This document shows, piece after piece, positions 52,601 to 64,000 of a stretch of 64,000 nucleotides of DNA. Position 1 is the stretch's first letter, and the number at the start of each line of letters is the position of its first letter. A program made the position numbers and the translations under genes. The notes under the pieces were generated by a model. It made no database searches and had not been told where the DNA came from. It saw only the letters and a program-made list of their open reading frames with translations. The DNA comes from Antedon mediterranea. Taxonomy: Eukaryota > Animalia > Echinodermata. The stretch spans positions 22,709,365 to 22,773,364 of the forward strand of contig NC_092678.1 in the NCBI RefSeq assembly GCF_964355755.1. The letters are read 5' to 3'.

Positions 52601-55600
52601 ATGATGTTAGATAGTTTATATCTAGTTCATTAAACATGTCACCTATTTGTTTGCTTGATAATTGAGAATTCGCCACATTGAAAGTTTCTAAATCTTTGGA
52701 AGTGTTTAATATACGACCTAATAGAGATCCATTGATAAACTCCGGATATTTGGTCTCGAGACTAAAACTCTTCAATTTAACAAAAGCTTTACTATGTTCA
52801 CATTCTTCTAACATTGTGTTAATATGTGAACCACTTATATTATATTCCATATAACGTATGTGGAGCTCTTTTAAATTTGGAAAATTTTGAATTAATTTGC
52901 AAATCTGTGAGTCAATTGTAGTGTTATATTCGAAGGAATCAATAGTCCACCAAAAATTATGTACTTCCTCACCAAAACGATATTTTTTCCATTCGTCTGA
53001 GAGGATTTTAAGAGCTTTATCACCCCATTTATGAAGTAATTGTATCATACACCTACTGTTTCGACTTTGATCCAGATATCGTAATAAGATATGAACGTGT
53101 GCTACTAACCTACATACTTTACCAGATGACTCAATGTTTGATTCTTCTATGATTGATAATATAGTTTTAAATATTACCCGCTTGTTTGTAAAATCTGCAA
53201 ACAATTTCATTTGTTGGAATAAGTGCAAATCTTTTTCATATAGCAACTTAAAAGAATTTTTAAAATTGTCAACATGCATTTTCATTTCTGATGACATATG
53301 TTTATCCAATGACTTCACTACATTTTGTTCGTGCTCTTGATTTACATATTTAAAATATTCTAAAAAAGAGTAATAATTTGAGAGCCTGTTTACCAACCAG
53401 TGTTTCATTAATTTATCTGCATTAGGACCTAGAAAACTAATAGTGAAAACTCTTGCCATGTGTAAATATTCGCTCGTCCTTAAGTTCTCGCATTCCTCAG
53501 ATGTTAAAGTATCAATTTTGTTAGACAAGTAAAACCCGGCTAGCGCTTGTGACCATAACTTATGTGGACATCTGTAAGTCTCTACTGAATCATCCTGAAC
53601 AGTAGGGTCATCTTTGTAAATAAATCCTAATTTCAACGATAAGTCAACCAAAGTTTCATTTCTTACTAATTCAAGTAATTGTATTTTAGTAAAATGAAGT
53701 TTATTTGTTTGTAAACCAATGTAACTTATTTTTCCTAATATTAAAATTGCATTTTTATAGTCAGTTGAAATGTTGTCAAAGTTAGATATCCGTTTTTGCT
53801 CATTACTTCTGTTAATGTACTGATTTAAAATGGAACGGAAGATTTCTTTCAAAAAACGTTGAAAATCTTTTGTAATTATTTGTTCGTGTTGCCATATAAC
53901 ACACATTTTAAGTAATAAAAATGGGGATGAAAACAGTTCAAATACATTTTTGTGATCACCACCCCAATTATTTTTCACTGAATCAAGTTTGAATTCGTTA
54001 ATCAATAACTGGCCCAGATTAGAGTTGTTTACAAAATTGAAATGTCTATTTATATATGGTTTTATGTTTTCTGTAGAGAATCCTTCTACTTTTACATATA
54101 CATCAAAATGCCTACGTACACTTTCAGTAAAACCCGGTCGTGAAGTCAGAATAACTGTGCTGTCTTCCAATTCTTCTCTTTTTAGTATCAGTTGAATATC
54201 TACCCCAGATGTTAACTCATCTAATCCATCTATCAGAAGAACTAAATCTTTGTCGTATGTCTCTACAAAAGTTCTTATAATAGTTTCATTTACATAGATA
54301 CCTGTTTTTTTACGAGATTTCTTCAGCTTAACTGAATCAACAATTAAATCTGTGATTGTTTGTCCTTCTTTGATGTCTCTGAGGTTTACAAGAAATAATA
54401 TTTTACCAGCAAACGTACTATCGTTATTTTTCGCCCAGTTATAAGATAAATATTGAAGCAAGGTTGTCTTACCAATTCCACCATTTCCTACCATTAATAC
54501 TTTACAGGAGTCTTTAGACTTTATAATATCCAATAATTCTTGTAATGATGCGTCGACTTTTCTTTTTTCTATATGTAGTACTGGATCTGTGAACATCTGT
54601 GAAATGTCATACGGATGATTTTCTCCCCATGTTGGTGGTATTATATTTGGATCTTCGAATTTTTTTCTCTGTTCTGCTGTTATGAAGTTTCGAATAAGCT
54701 GATCTGAAATGAAGACAATCTATGAAAGTATAAACCGAACAGGCTTTTTTTTTTGCAAATTTCAACGTTAGGTAGCGGCTATTAAATACTAATTTCATAA
54801 TAGAAAATTAATAATAAACATTACCTTCTGTTAATTCGCAATCTGAAAACCTGTTTGCAAAAACGTGGAATAAGTATGAGAGTATGACAGCTGAGATGAC
54901 AACAATAAATGCAAAGACCATCGCTAAAGCTAAAACAAATGTAAGGTATATTTCAGGATTACTGAAGGGCATGCACGGTTTAAGTTCATTTGATGATTAC
55001 TTTTTTTATTAAGTTATAGAAAAGATGCTTTTGAATACATTGCTTCTTATTTTGATTTGTGGTAGGTCAATGTTACATTGTGAATTTATTTTACGATATT
55101 ATTTATGCTTACCGATATGTGTACTTGGTTTAGATTTAGATTTCCTGTTACCTGTAGGTTAGAAATAAAATTACAATACGTAACAAAATTCAAATCCCAA
55201 TAAACGTCATTAACCCATGACGTCATTTACCCAAATAACGTCATTTACTCATAACCAATACTATTATTTTTGTGTCTGTTGTGACACCATAGATCATTCT
55301 CTATGACTCTTTTTTCCAAGATGATGGAGTGGTTATGAAAAATATCGCAATTGGATTTATGTTATAATGGTTTGCGCCACCTACGGGTCAATATCATCAT
55401 TACATTATATGATAATGAATGGTGCATGAGTAGCTCACGTTGTATTGTGTTTCATACATCTATCACAGTCTTACAGTATTTGTAGTTACATAATATTTGA
55501 ATGTTCAATCCTTTTTCCCTCTCTTGTTTAGTATTCACTGGATTTGATAATGATGTTACTGGATAGGCTAAGCTCCATACCTGTAGAAATTGATATCGGT

Positions 55601-56822
55601 GTTGGTGTCGATGCTGAAGCCGATGTTTGAATAACTGTCGGCTGATAGGGTTTTGCTGATAGAAATACAAAAAGAAATCAAAATATAATATAAGTTTAAA
55701 CTTAACCAACTAACTAAAAACAGGAACATTTTTAGATTATCTGAAATTGCTGTACATATGGTTTTATGCTTCTTACAGTTATTTTTATGTTCTAGGCCTA
55801 AATTTAAATTTAAAATAAAATTTTAAATAAGTTAACAAATTTTAACAATTGCAACCATACCCACTGCACCCTTCTGTCACTGGCTAGTCTGCTACATACC
55901 TGTGGGAACTACCATTGTTGTAGCTGAAGCCGGTATCAAGGTAGGCTGATAGAATGTTGCTGTAAGTTATATTCATATGCACAAAAGAAATGAAGATATA
56001 AGTTTAAACTTCACCAAAATGTTACTAAAATTGAAATATACAGTATTTCCAGAAACTATAAAGACCCCATGAAAATCTTAAATAATTTAGTTTGAATTAA
56101 TATCTTTGTTGTTTTGAAATTATTATTTTCAAATAAATGCCATGGCCTTTGATATAGTTTAGTTGTTTAGAGGAAATACGCTCAAGCCATCATTGATTTT
56201 GCATGATGTACTACACGGTAAATCCGTGATTAATAATAAATATTATTATTTTCTAAAACAAATTTAATGAGCAAATAAAAAAGAATCTCAATCGAGATGT
56301 GGTAGGCATACCCAGTAGAATATGTTGTGCTACATTGTTTAGTAGTTTTGCAAATATTTCAATTTGTTCTCGTGAATCCAAGTTTCCGTCTTTCTCAATG
56401 TGATATACAACATCCCAAATGTTGTCGTAGTTGAAGGCACTCAGCTTGTAGAAATCAATAACATTTTGTAAGTCATTTTTGTCTACGTTAATAAGCGTTG
56501 TAAACAGTGCTCTGCGGTAGTTGGTTATTATTGTCTCTGATGTGTTATTACTGCATTGTACAGTATTCTTGTATTCTGTTGTACAATTTATCGCTGATTC
56601 CTGATTAGTTACTTCAGCAATGTCCAACAACAGCCTCACATCAGTTTTTGAGATAAATCGATTGCGAGTAAGAGTATTAAATAGGCCCATGGCTGACTGA
56701 TCTAGACCGCCAATAGGTATAATACCACATAGAAGCATTCTTAACTTCCTAACGTCCACGCCAGCATAGGATTTGCTAAGTTTTTCCAGAAACATTTGGT
56801 ATTTAACATCATTTTCGTCCAT
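49653..56822 (-). pseudogene. Copy 6: DED/TM/NACHT/LRR/TM NLR, disrupted in the distal LRRs
   Basis: Exons 56822-56312, 55959-55900, 55655-55581, 55151-55113, 54923-54825 (TM) and 54703 onward are open until a frameshift near 52540 (stop at 52512). A second indel lies at ~52440, then a Tx1 insertion; the TM tail is stranded at 49653-49889. Confidence 0.85.
49890..52143 (-). mobile_element. 5'-truncated Tx1/L1-group LINE inserted in the last exon of copy 6
   Basis: Distal RT motifs (LNKGK..VKFLGIYVG) and a zf-RVT-like CDRC..ENEEHMLLKC; poly(A); 15-bp TSD AACTCTTCTATTTCT at 49875-49889 and 52144-52158; empty site at 37184-37198. Confidence 0.92.
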
Positions 56823-58498
56823 TTTTAATCTGAAAACAAAAACCTATTAGTAAAAAACTCACAATATTAACACAATTTGGAACAATTTTCATACATTGTA
56901 GCCAGCTAAGGACAAGAAAAATTGTTCAAATGTAAGCAATTAATGTGTAGGCCTAACTTTCTAACTATGCATAGTCCCAAATGTTCAACACACTCTGACC
57001 TGAAGAATCTTTAGTTTAAACTACATTATGCCTACTAATTCAATATCAACATTACAGTTATTACCAACAATATAACTGACCTATTTCAATGTATTGGAAA
57101 TAACAGCCTTATAAATTAAAATTCCATTTTTTTTCAATATTCATCAACAGTATTTCTTTCTTTTTTCCCATTATCTCAATTTTTTGCCGATTGAAGTTTG
57201 ATCAGATGCCTCGTAAACTGATCGAAGAACTATATAATACTAGGCCTATATGTACTGATTTATACTTTACCAGTTGTTGTTTCTTTCTGATGAACAGTAA
57301 CGGTAGGCGTATTCAAAATCGACAAGACAAGTTCCAAAATGGTTGCTGTACACTGAACCGTAACATCTCAGGGTTGACTTTATCGTTTTTTCATGTTTTT
57401 TTGTCTGAAACGAAACGTTTTTCTGAGTCTTCTCCTAGTGTAGGCCTATGCCTACTGTTAAATCCAATTCAGAAGAGTTTGCAACAAAACTGATTTATTG
57501 AACCTGAACCTGTGTAGATCCTATTTTAATGCACTTGTCGTGCTAAATAAATTGCCTAGGAATATAATGGCGACAACAAGTATTTTGAAGTATTGTATGT
57601 AGAGTATTGTATATTATTCAGTAATTATTCTATTTCACTGAAGCGTGTTTGAACGGGTCAACGTCACAATAACGAACTTTTGTGAAGAACGTGTTAACAT
57701 TATACAGAAAGCGCCATATAAATATGACATTAAGGACTTTTAGATTTGAGTGAACGTGCACGACGTTCATGTCTACATGGGTCGTAGTCTACTGTTAAGT
57801 GGACATTACGTTGACGTGCCAGTGAACGTATAACGTAAAGACCTTGGGATCTTACTGCGTAACCTCTAGAATAGCTATTCCATCGCTGGTGGACGGGCTT
57901 ATTAGGTCAGGCTAAGTTTGTAGCTTGGCTTAGCCTAGATCCTTCATTTTCTGAACAAAGGTTGGCGTCCTAGTGATAAAACTCAAAACCTGTAGTATTT
58001 TTTTTTAGTTTCTTGTGAGCTTTATTCAATCAATCATATTATTTTTTTAGTCATAATAATGTGTAGTATTATATTTGCAATTTTTTTTGTAAATATATTT
58101 GTAGCCTAGGCTATATAACAATAACACGTGAAGTAAAATATCGAGTCGTTAAAGAGACAATAAGCAATAATCGTATATGAGGGTTTAAATGTTAAAAAAC
58201 TGAACATTATAATAACATTTTAAATTATAAGACCAGAATAGTTTATTCATTTAGATAAAATCGAGAATGATAAATATTTTGTTCATGATACGTTGAGATT
58301 TTAGGTATTAAAATATTTGTTAAGGAGATTAGTATAAATTGTTTTTTTCAATAGACCTATTTCTATTTTTCGGTGTTAAAATAAAATGTTTATTATAATT
58401 ATTAAAATTAGCTCTTTATTTAAAATAACCAATAAAAATCGATAAGTCACAGTTTGTAAATATAATTAATGTACTTTATTTACTACATTCTCAGAAAA

Positions 58499-58728
58499 TC
58501 GCGAGACCATTCTCAGAAAATCACTGCGAGACCATTCTTCTCCGCCAATCATCGCGAGACCATTCTCCGCCAATCATCGCAAGACCATTCTCGGCCGCCA
58601 ATCATCGCGAGACCATTCTTCTCCGCCAATCATCGCAAGACGATTCTCCGCCAATCATCGCGAAACCATTGTCCGCCAATCATCGCGAGACCATTCACCG
58701 CCAATCATCGCGAGACCATTCTCCGCCA
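58499..58728. repeat. 25-bp minisatellite, third copy (9 units)
   Basis: Same unit as 16968-17146. Confidence 0.9.
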
Positions 58729-58962
58729 TGATTCGTGGTAAACGTTTGCAGTGATATGACGTCATACATCCACTCGTCAAAGAGCGAACGCGCCAAATGC
58801 CACGTGAACATGCCAGTCGCCTAGCGCGCACGACCATATCATAAGAATGACGTCATAGTGTAACAGTCGGCACAGTGGACGTGCAAAAAACTCCCGTATT
58901 AAATGAGGAACGTTGAAAAGACAATAAAAATAAGTCTACAATTACTATTACCGTATAGTATG

Positions 58963-60597
58963 TACCACTGTAGGCCCATACTACTGTAGGCCTATACCAC
59001 TGTAGGCCTATTATCCAATATAGGCCCATACTACTGTAGGCCTATACCACTGTAGGCCTATTATCCAATATAGGCCCATACTACTGTAGGCCTATACCAC
59101 TGTAGGCCTATTATCCAATATAGGCCTATACTACTGTAGGCCTATACAACTGTAGGCCTATACCACTGTAGGCCTATACTACTGTAGGCCTATACCACTG
59201 TAGGCCTATACTACTGTAGGCCTATACCACTGTAGGCCTATTATCCAATATAGGCCCATACTACTGTAGGCCTATACCACTGTAGGCCTATTATCCAATA
59301 TAGGCCCATACTACTGTAGGCCTATACAACTGTAGGCCTATTATCCAATATAGGCCCATACCACTGTAGGCCTATACCACTGTAGGCCTATACCACTGTA
59401 GGCCTATACCACTGTAGGCCTATTATCCAATATAGGCCCATACTACTGTAGGCCTATACAACTGTAGGCCTATTATCCAATATAGGCCCATACCACTGTA
59501 GGCCTATACCACTGTAGGCCTATACCACTGTAGGCCTATACCACTATAGGCCTATTATCCACTATAGGCCCATACTACTGTAGGCCTATACCACTGTAGG
59601 CCTATTATCCAATATAGGCCTATACTACTGTAGGCCTATACAACTGTAGGCCTATTATCCAATATAGGCCTATACCACTGTAGGCCTATACCACTGTAGG
59701 CCTATTATCCAATATAGGCCCATACTACTGTAGGCCTATACCACTGTAGGCCTATTATCCAATATAGGCCTATACTACTGTAGGCCTATACAACTGTAGG
59801 CCTATTATCCAATATAGGCCTATACCACTGTAGGCCTATACCACTGTAGGCCTATTATCCAATATAGGCCCATGCTACTGTAGGCCTATACCACTGTAGG
59901 CCTATTATCCAATATAGGCCCATACTACTGTAGGCCTATACAACTGTAGGCCTATTATCCAATATAGGCCCATACTACTGTAGGCCTATTATCCAATATA
60001 GGCCCATACTACTGTAGGCCTATTATCCAATATAGGCCCATACTACTGTAGGCCTATACCACTGTAGGCCTATTATCCAATATAGGCCCATACTACTGTA
60101 GGCCTATACCACTCTGTAGGCCTATTATCCAATATAGGCCCATACTACTGTAGGCCTATACCACTGTAGGCCTATTATCCAATATAGGCCCATACTACTG
60201 TAGGCCTATACCACTGTAGGCCTATTATCCAATATAGGCCCATACTACTGTAGGCCTATACCACTCTGTAGGCCTATTATCCAATATAGGCCCATACTAC
60301 TGTAGGCCTATACTACTGTAGGCCTATTATCCAATATAGGCCCATACTACTGTAGGCCTATACCACTGTAGGCCTATACCACTGTAGGCCTATACCACTG
60401 TAGGCCTATACTACTGTAGGCCTATACCACTGTAGGCCTATTATCCACTATAGGCCCATACTACTGTAGGCCTATACCACTGTAGGCCTATTATCCAATA
60501 TAGGCCCATACTACTGTAGGCCTATACAACTGTAGGCCTATTATCCAATATAGGCCCATACTACTGTAGGCCTATACCACTGTAGGCCTATTATCCA
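58963..60597. repeat. TAGGCCTA-based satellite, 16-18-bp monomers with a frequent 50-bp trimer
   Basis: Monomers TAGGCCTATACCACTG, TAGGCCTATTATCCAATA and TAGGCCCATACTACTG. Confidence 0.95.
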
Positions 60598-61636
60598 CCA
60601 TCGTATTTAAAAAATGATGGTCTGTGCAAACTGTCGTCATTTGATTTTTATATTCGAATCAGGCTATAGTCCACTTTATTGTTTCTGTGGGTTTTCAAAA
60701 TTTAAATGATTATTAAGCAATTTTCGAAATGATTAATTCATTTGCTATTGAAATTAGCAATAGGTTGAATACCAAATGAATGAATACATACTATATTCTC
60801 TTTAATATGTAATGAATATACAAGAAGACAAAACAGAAACACATTATTAAACTTTATAAGATAATTCATAATATTACTTTAATACCCTTTCTTCAACACC
60901 AATAAATTACGTATAAATACTTAAAATAAACAAATTAGGAGACTTAAAAGCAGAAATAAAATGTATATTTATAATATCCATAAACCTAAACACACCGCTT
61001 TGACACTAATCTTTATAATGTCTTAAATTCAATTTCAATTTATTTCCCAAAAAAAAAAAAACCATACAAAACAAAAATTGTGTATAAATACAATAACGTA
61101 AAGTGCAATATGTTGTTAGATGGGAAGAAAGTCCGTTGTGCGTTTTTTTATTTATACCATTGTAATTTATTTATTACATTATGTCTTATGAATGAAAAGG
61201 AACAATGCCCTAAATCCAATAACTTAATTTATTGTACACGATGGTAAACAATTTAATACAAACAAAATCTAAAGTTGATAACACATTAAATTGGTAATTC
61301 TAAAGTTATGTTAATTTTACGTTAGAATAACGATATTTTACATTAACGATGTAACGATGGTTACATTAACCAGGACATAACGTTTAGATCGATAACGTTA
61401 CAATTATTTAAATTCAAGTTTGTACTTTCAGTGTGTTTTTTGACTTTTCTATAAAGGGCTCACTTTAAATATTTTATCTTGAATTTTGTATGCAGAAACC
61501 TTTCTATAATAAATAATAGTATATTAAGACATAATTATTAAATATTAACAGGCTTAATAGTACGTATTGCTAAAATTGATAATAATATTAATATTTACAA
61601 CATTTTATATATAAATTTATATATTTCCCACCACTT

Positions 61637-62394
61637 TTTAGTCGCGTGGAAGCGACTCTATAGTTCACTATGTCGGTCGGCTGGTCGGTCTGTCTGTCGG
61701 TCTGTCGGTCCGGTATCACTATGCGTTTTATCGCTTTCTGACCTTATCTTGATATCAGTTTAATCTAGCTAGGTCAATTTTTCACAGTATATTCCTTATG
61801 GCCAGGAATCAATGTGGTTATGTTTTCACGGTGCGCAATAAAAAATTACGCGGTCTACGCACGATTTAACGAAATCCCGTTTGTAATCATATCTTCACAA
61901 CCATGAATCACAATTAAATAAAATTTGGTACTCATAAATTTCAGGGCATAAATCATCATATGGCAATACAATTACGTGCGTAGCGCATGTAACGCATGCG
62001 TACGCGCGCTTAAAATTGTCAAAATTTATTTTCGATGAAATAAGAGTACGTTTCAGGCAATTTTAAGCGTTTACAAAATTGCGCATATTTTTGCGCGCGC
62101 ACTGCGCGTTCAATGTTATTGCGCACTCTTTTTGCCCGATTTCTGTTTTCTTGACTTACTTTTCAACTCGAAATTACGTTATACGAGCACGTCAAAAGTG
62201 ACAGGCTACGCACGTGTAAATTAAAAAAATATAAATGTTTTTAAACATTTCAACATTTTTAAACATGTTCAGTAATTTCGGTCAGTATAGTTCACTATGT
62301 CGGTCGGTCTGTCGGTCTGTCGGTCTGTCGGTCTGTCTGTCGGTCCGGTATCACTATGCATTGTAGCACGCGACTTAATGGCTGTTGGCCTTGT
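61637..62394 (+). mobile_element. Helentron-associated (HINE/DINE-1-like) non-autonomous element
   Basis: SubTIR AGTCGCGTG (61640-61648) / CACGCGACT (62367-62375), adjacent partial IR, (GTCK)n microsatellite, short 3' hairpin, insertion in a T run; empty site CCACTTCTTAATTTGAAG at ~42299. Confidence 0.75.
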
Positions 62395-63450
62395 TAATTT
62401 GAAGACCTCTATTGAGATAAAAAAAAACATCACTGTAGTAGATTTTAATCTACTACAAAACCTGTTATTGACACCAACTGTGAACTACTCTATAATGTAT
62501 ATGTATTTACTATTTATTTTTCTCAATTTATTCAATAACACTAAACTGTTCTTTCCCCAAATGTAAACTTGATGACATTATTTTTCTGTATGTTAATTAC
62601 ATAACAATTATAGAATCTTCTTTTCAGTTAGTTATATCATCTCATTAACAGAATAAAGGATTTAGAATAAAAATTCGATATTTTTTTTCTGTACACATTA
62701 TGCTTGGCATGAATCATTACATTTATTTTATGCATTTCACGTAACACCATCTACATAGATACATTCTGGTAGCCATTGACGTAAAGTTGTTGATTGAATT
62801 TCTTCTTATAAAATAGTATCGCAGATTTTCATTTACAACACTACATTTGAGGTTATAGAGACTTTTAATATAATGCCTATACTTCGCCTTATCACCGATA
62901 TTTCCCAATTTTGAAATTCTTTTTATTCTGACCGAGCAGTAGCAGTGTTTATTTCCAGAAGAATACGACACATGTCAGTTTGTGTTGAGAATAAACGATT
63001 TTATTTACCAAATTGTACAAGTTATCTGAAATATACTGTCATTGTTTACATTTAAGAATTTAATTTTTGAAAACTTTGAATGCGGTAAAAGTAGACAACG
63101 TATATTTATGTAAAATACTTCTTTCGTCGTCTAAGGTGAGTGTGCTGCCACCTATATTGCTGTGTTCACGCTCGAGTAAGCTCATTTGCATTCTTTCTTC
63201 ACCAGATGTATTTTTTGTTTATGGCGTTCCAGCCCACGTGTCTGAGATGTGTTTACTATTGCTATGTTGTGCGGAAGTTTTTAAGAAAGAAATCTAGGCC
63301 CGACACTTGTCAAGCCAGGACTCAAGGAATGACGGGGTAAGCTTGCATTAACTTATATTCATTTAATGTAGAACTAGTAGGTCTAGCCACATTTTAGTAG
63401 TACAGTGGTTAGCTTTAATGATACCCGTACGAGTAATGTACAGTAGGGCC

Positions 63451-64000
63451 TTCCAAAGTTTTACCTTCAACCTATTGAATATACAGTTAACAGTTGAATT
63501 TAGAAGAGCATGCTAACCTGGGCAGTATGCCTTTATTTTATAGAAATATGATGAAGTCTGTTGTAAAATTAAACAATATCATACATGTAAAACCAAAAAC
63601 TACCATGGAAATAAAGAGCCAACAATTATGGGAAAACAGACATATCGTATTGAACAATAAATCTATGTATTTTAAAGTATGGTTATCTTCTGGGTTTAAA
63701 ACAATCGGAGATATTTACATGAATGATAGAGTACTTTCACCTTGTGAAATATTTCCTAAACTGTATAAACGGCATAACGCCTTAATTGAATATATGCAAT
63801 TGTTAAAAGCCATACAAAAAGAGTGGAAAGAAATTATTGAAAAAGGTAATACAAAAAGGGAAGACAATAGTATTCCTAGTCTACGACTTTATATGAAAAA
63901 TAAAGGAACCGTCTTCTATAATCATTTTATTAATAGATGTTCAAAAATACCAAATTCACAAACAAAATGGGAAATAGAACTAGGTAAGGTAGACATTGAT
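63451..64000 (+). mobile_element. 5'-truncated Tx1/L1-group LINE running off the right edge
   Basis: MPLFYRNMM..EIKSQQLWENRHI..YFKVWLSSGFKTIGDI matches MPEFYLNMI..EIKSQTLWENKHI..YFKDWLKSGYKTIGDI; empty site CAGTAGGGCCTGTC at ~36188. Confidence 0.85.

Noticed and set aside
10717-54195. Short plus-strand ORFs antisense to NACHT/LRR and Tx1 coding regions, and ORFs over minisatellites
   Set aside because: Shadow frames of real coding sequence or repeats, with no independent coding signal.

Overview
AT-rich, intron-containing animal genomic DNA. The domain content and TAGGCCTA richness suggest a marine invertebrate, possibly an echinoderm; this is inference only. The window is a tandem, all-minus-strand cluster of NLR-type innate-immune genes, numbered 1-6 left to right. 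A further copy starts at the left edge and another probably ends beyond the right edge. Manual splice reconstruction gives GT-AG, phase 1-1 small internal exons whose lengths are divisible by 3. The resulting architecture is unusual: tandem death-effector-like (DED-like) domains, a S/T/P-rich linker, a basic patch, a dedicated transmembrane exon, NACHT, LRR, and a C-terminal hydrophobic (TM) tail. Only copy 5 (36946-41505, 1182 aa) is intact. Copy 2 has one in-frame stop, copies 3, 4 and 6 are frameshifted, and copy 6 also carries a LINE insertion. Copy 1 lacks NACHT and has a second DED pair after the TM. Between the genes lie Tx1, L2/Crack and other LINE fragments, Harbinger-, MULE- and Helentron-like non-autonomous elements (one enclosing a captured NLR fragment), minisatellites and a TAGGCCTA satellite. 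Paralog comparison shows repeated independent TA>TAGGCCTA 6-bp insertions. All calls are by eye, with no database searches.
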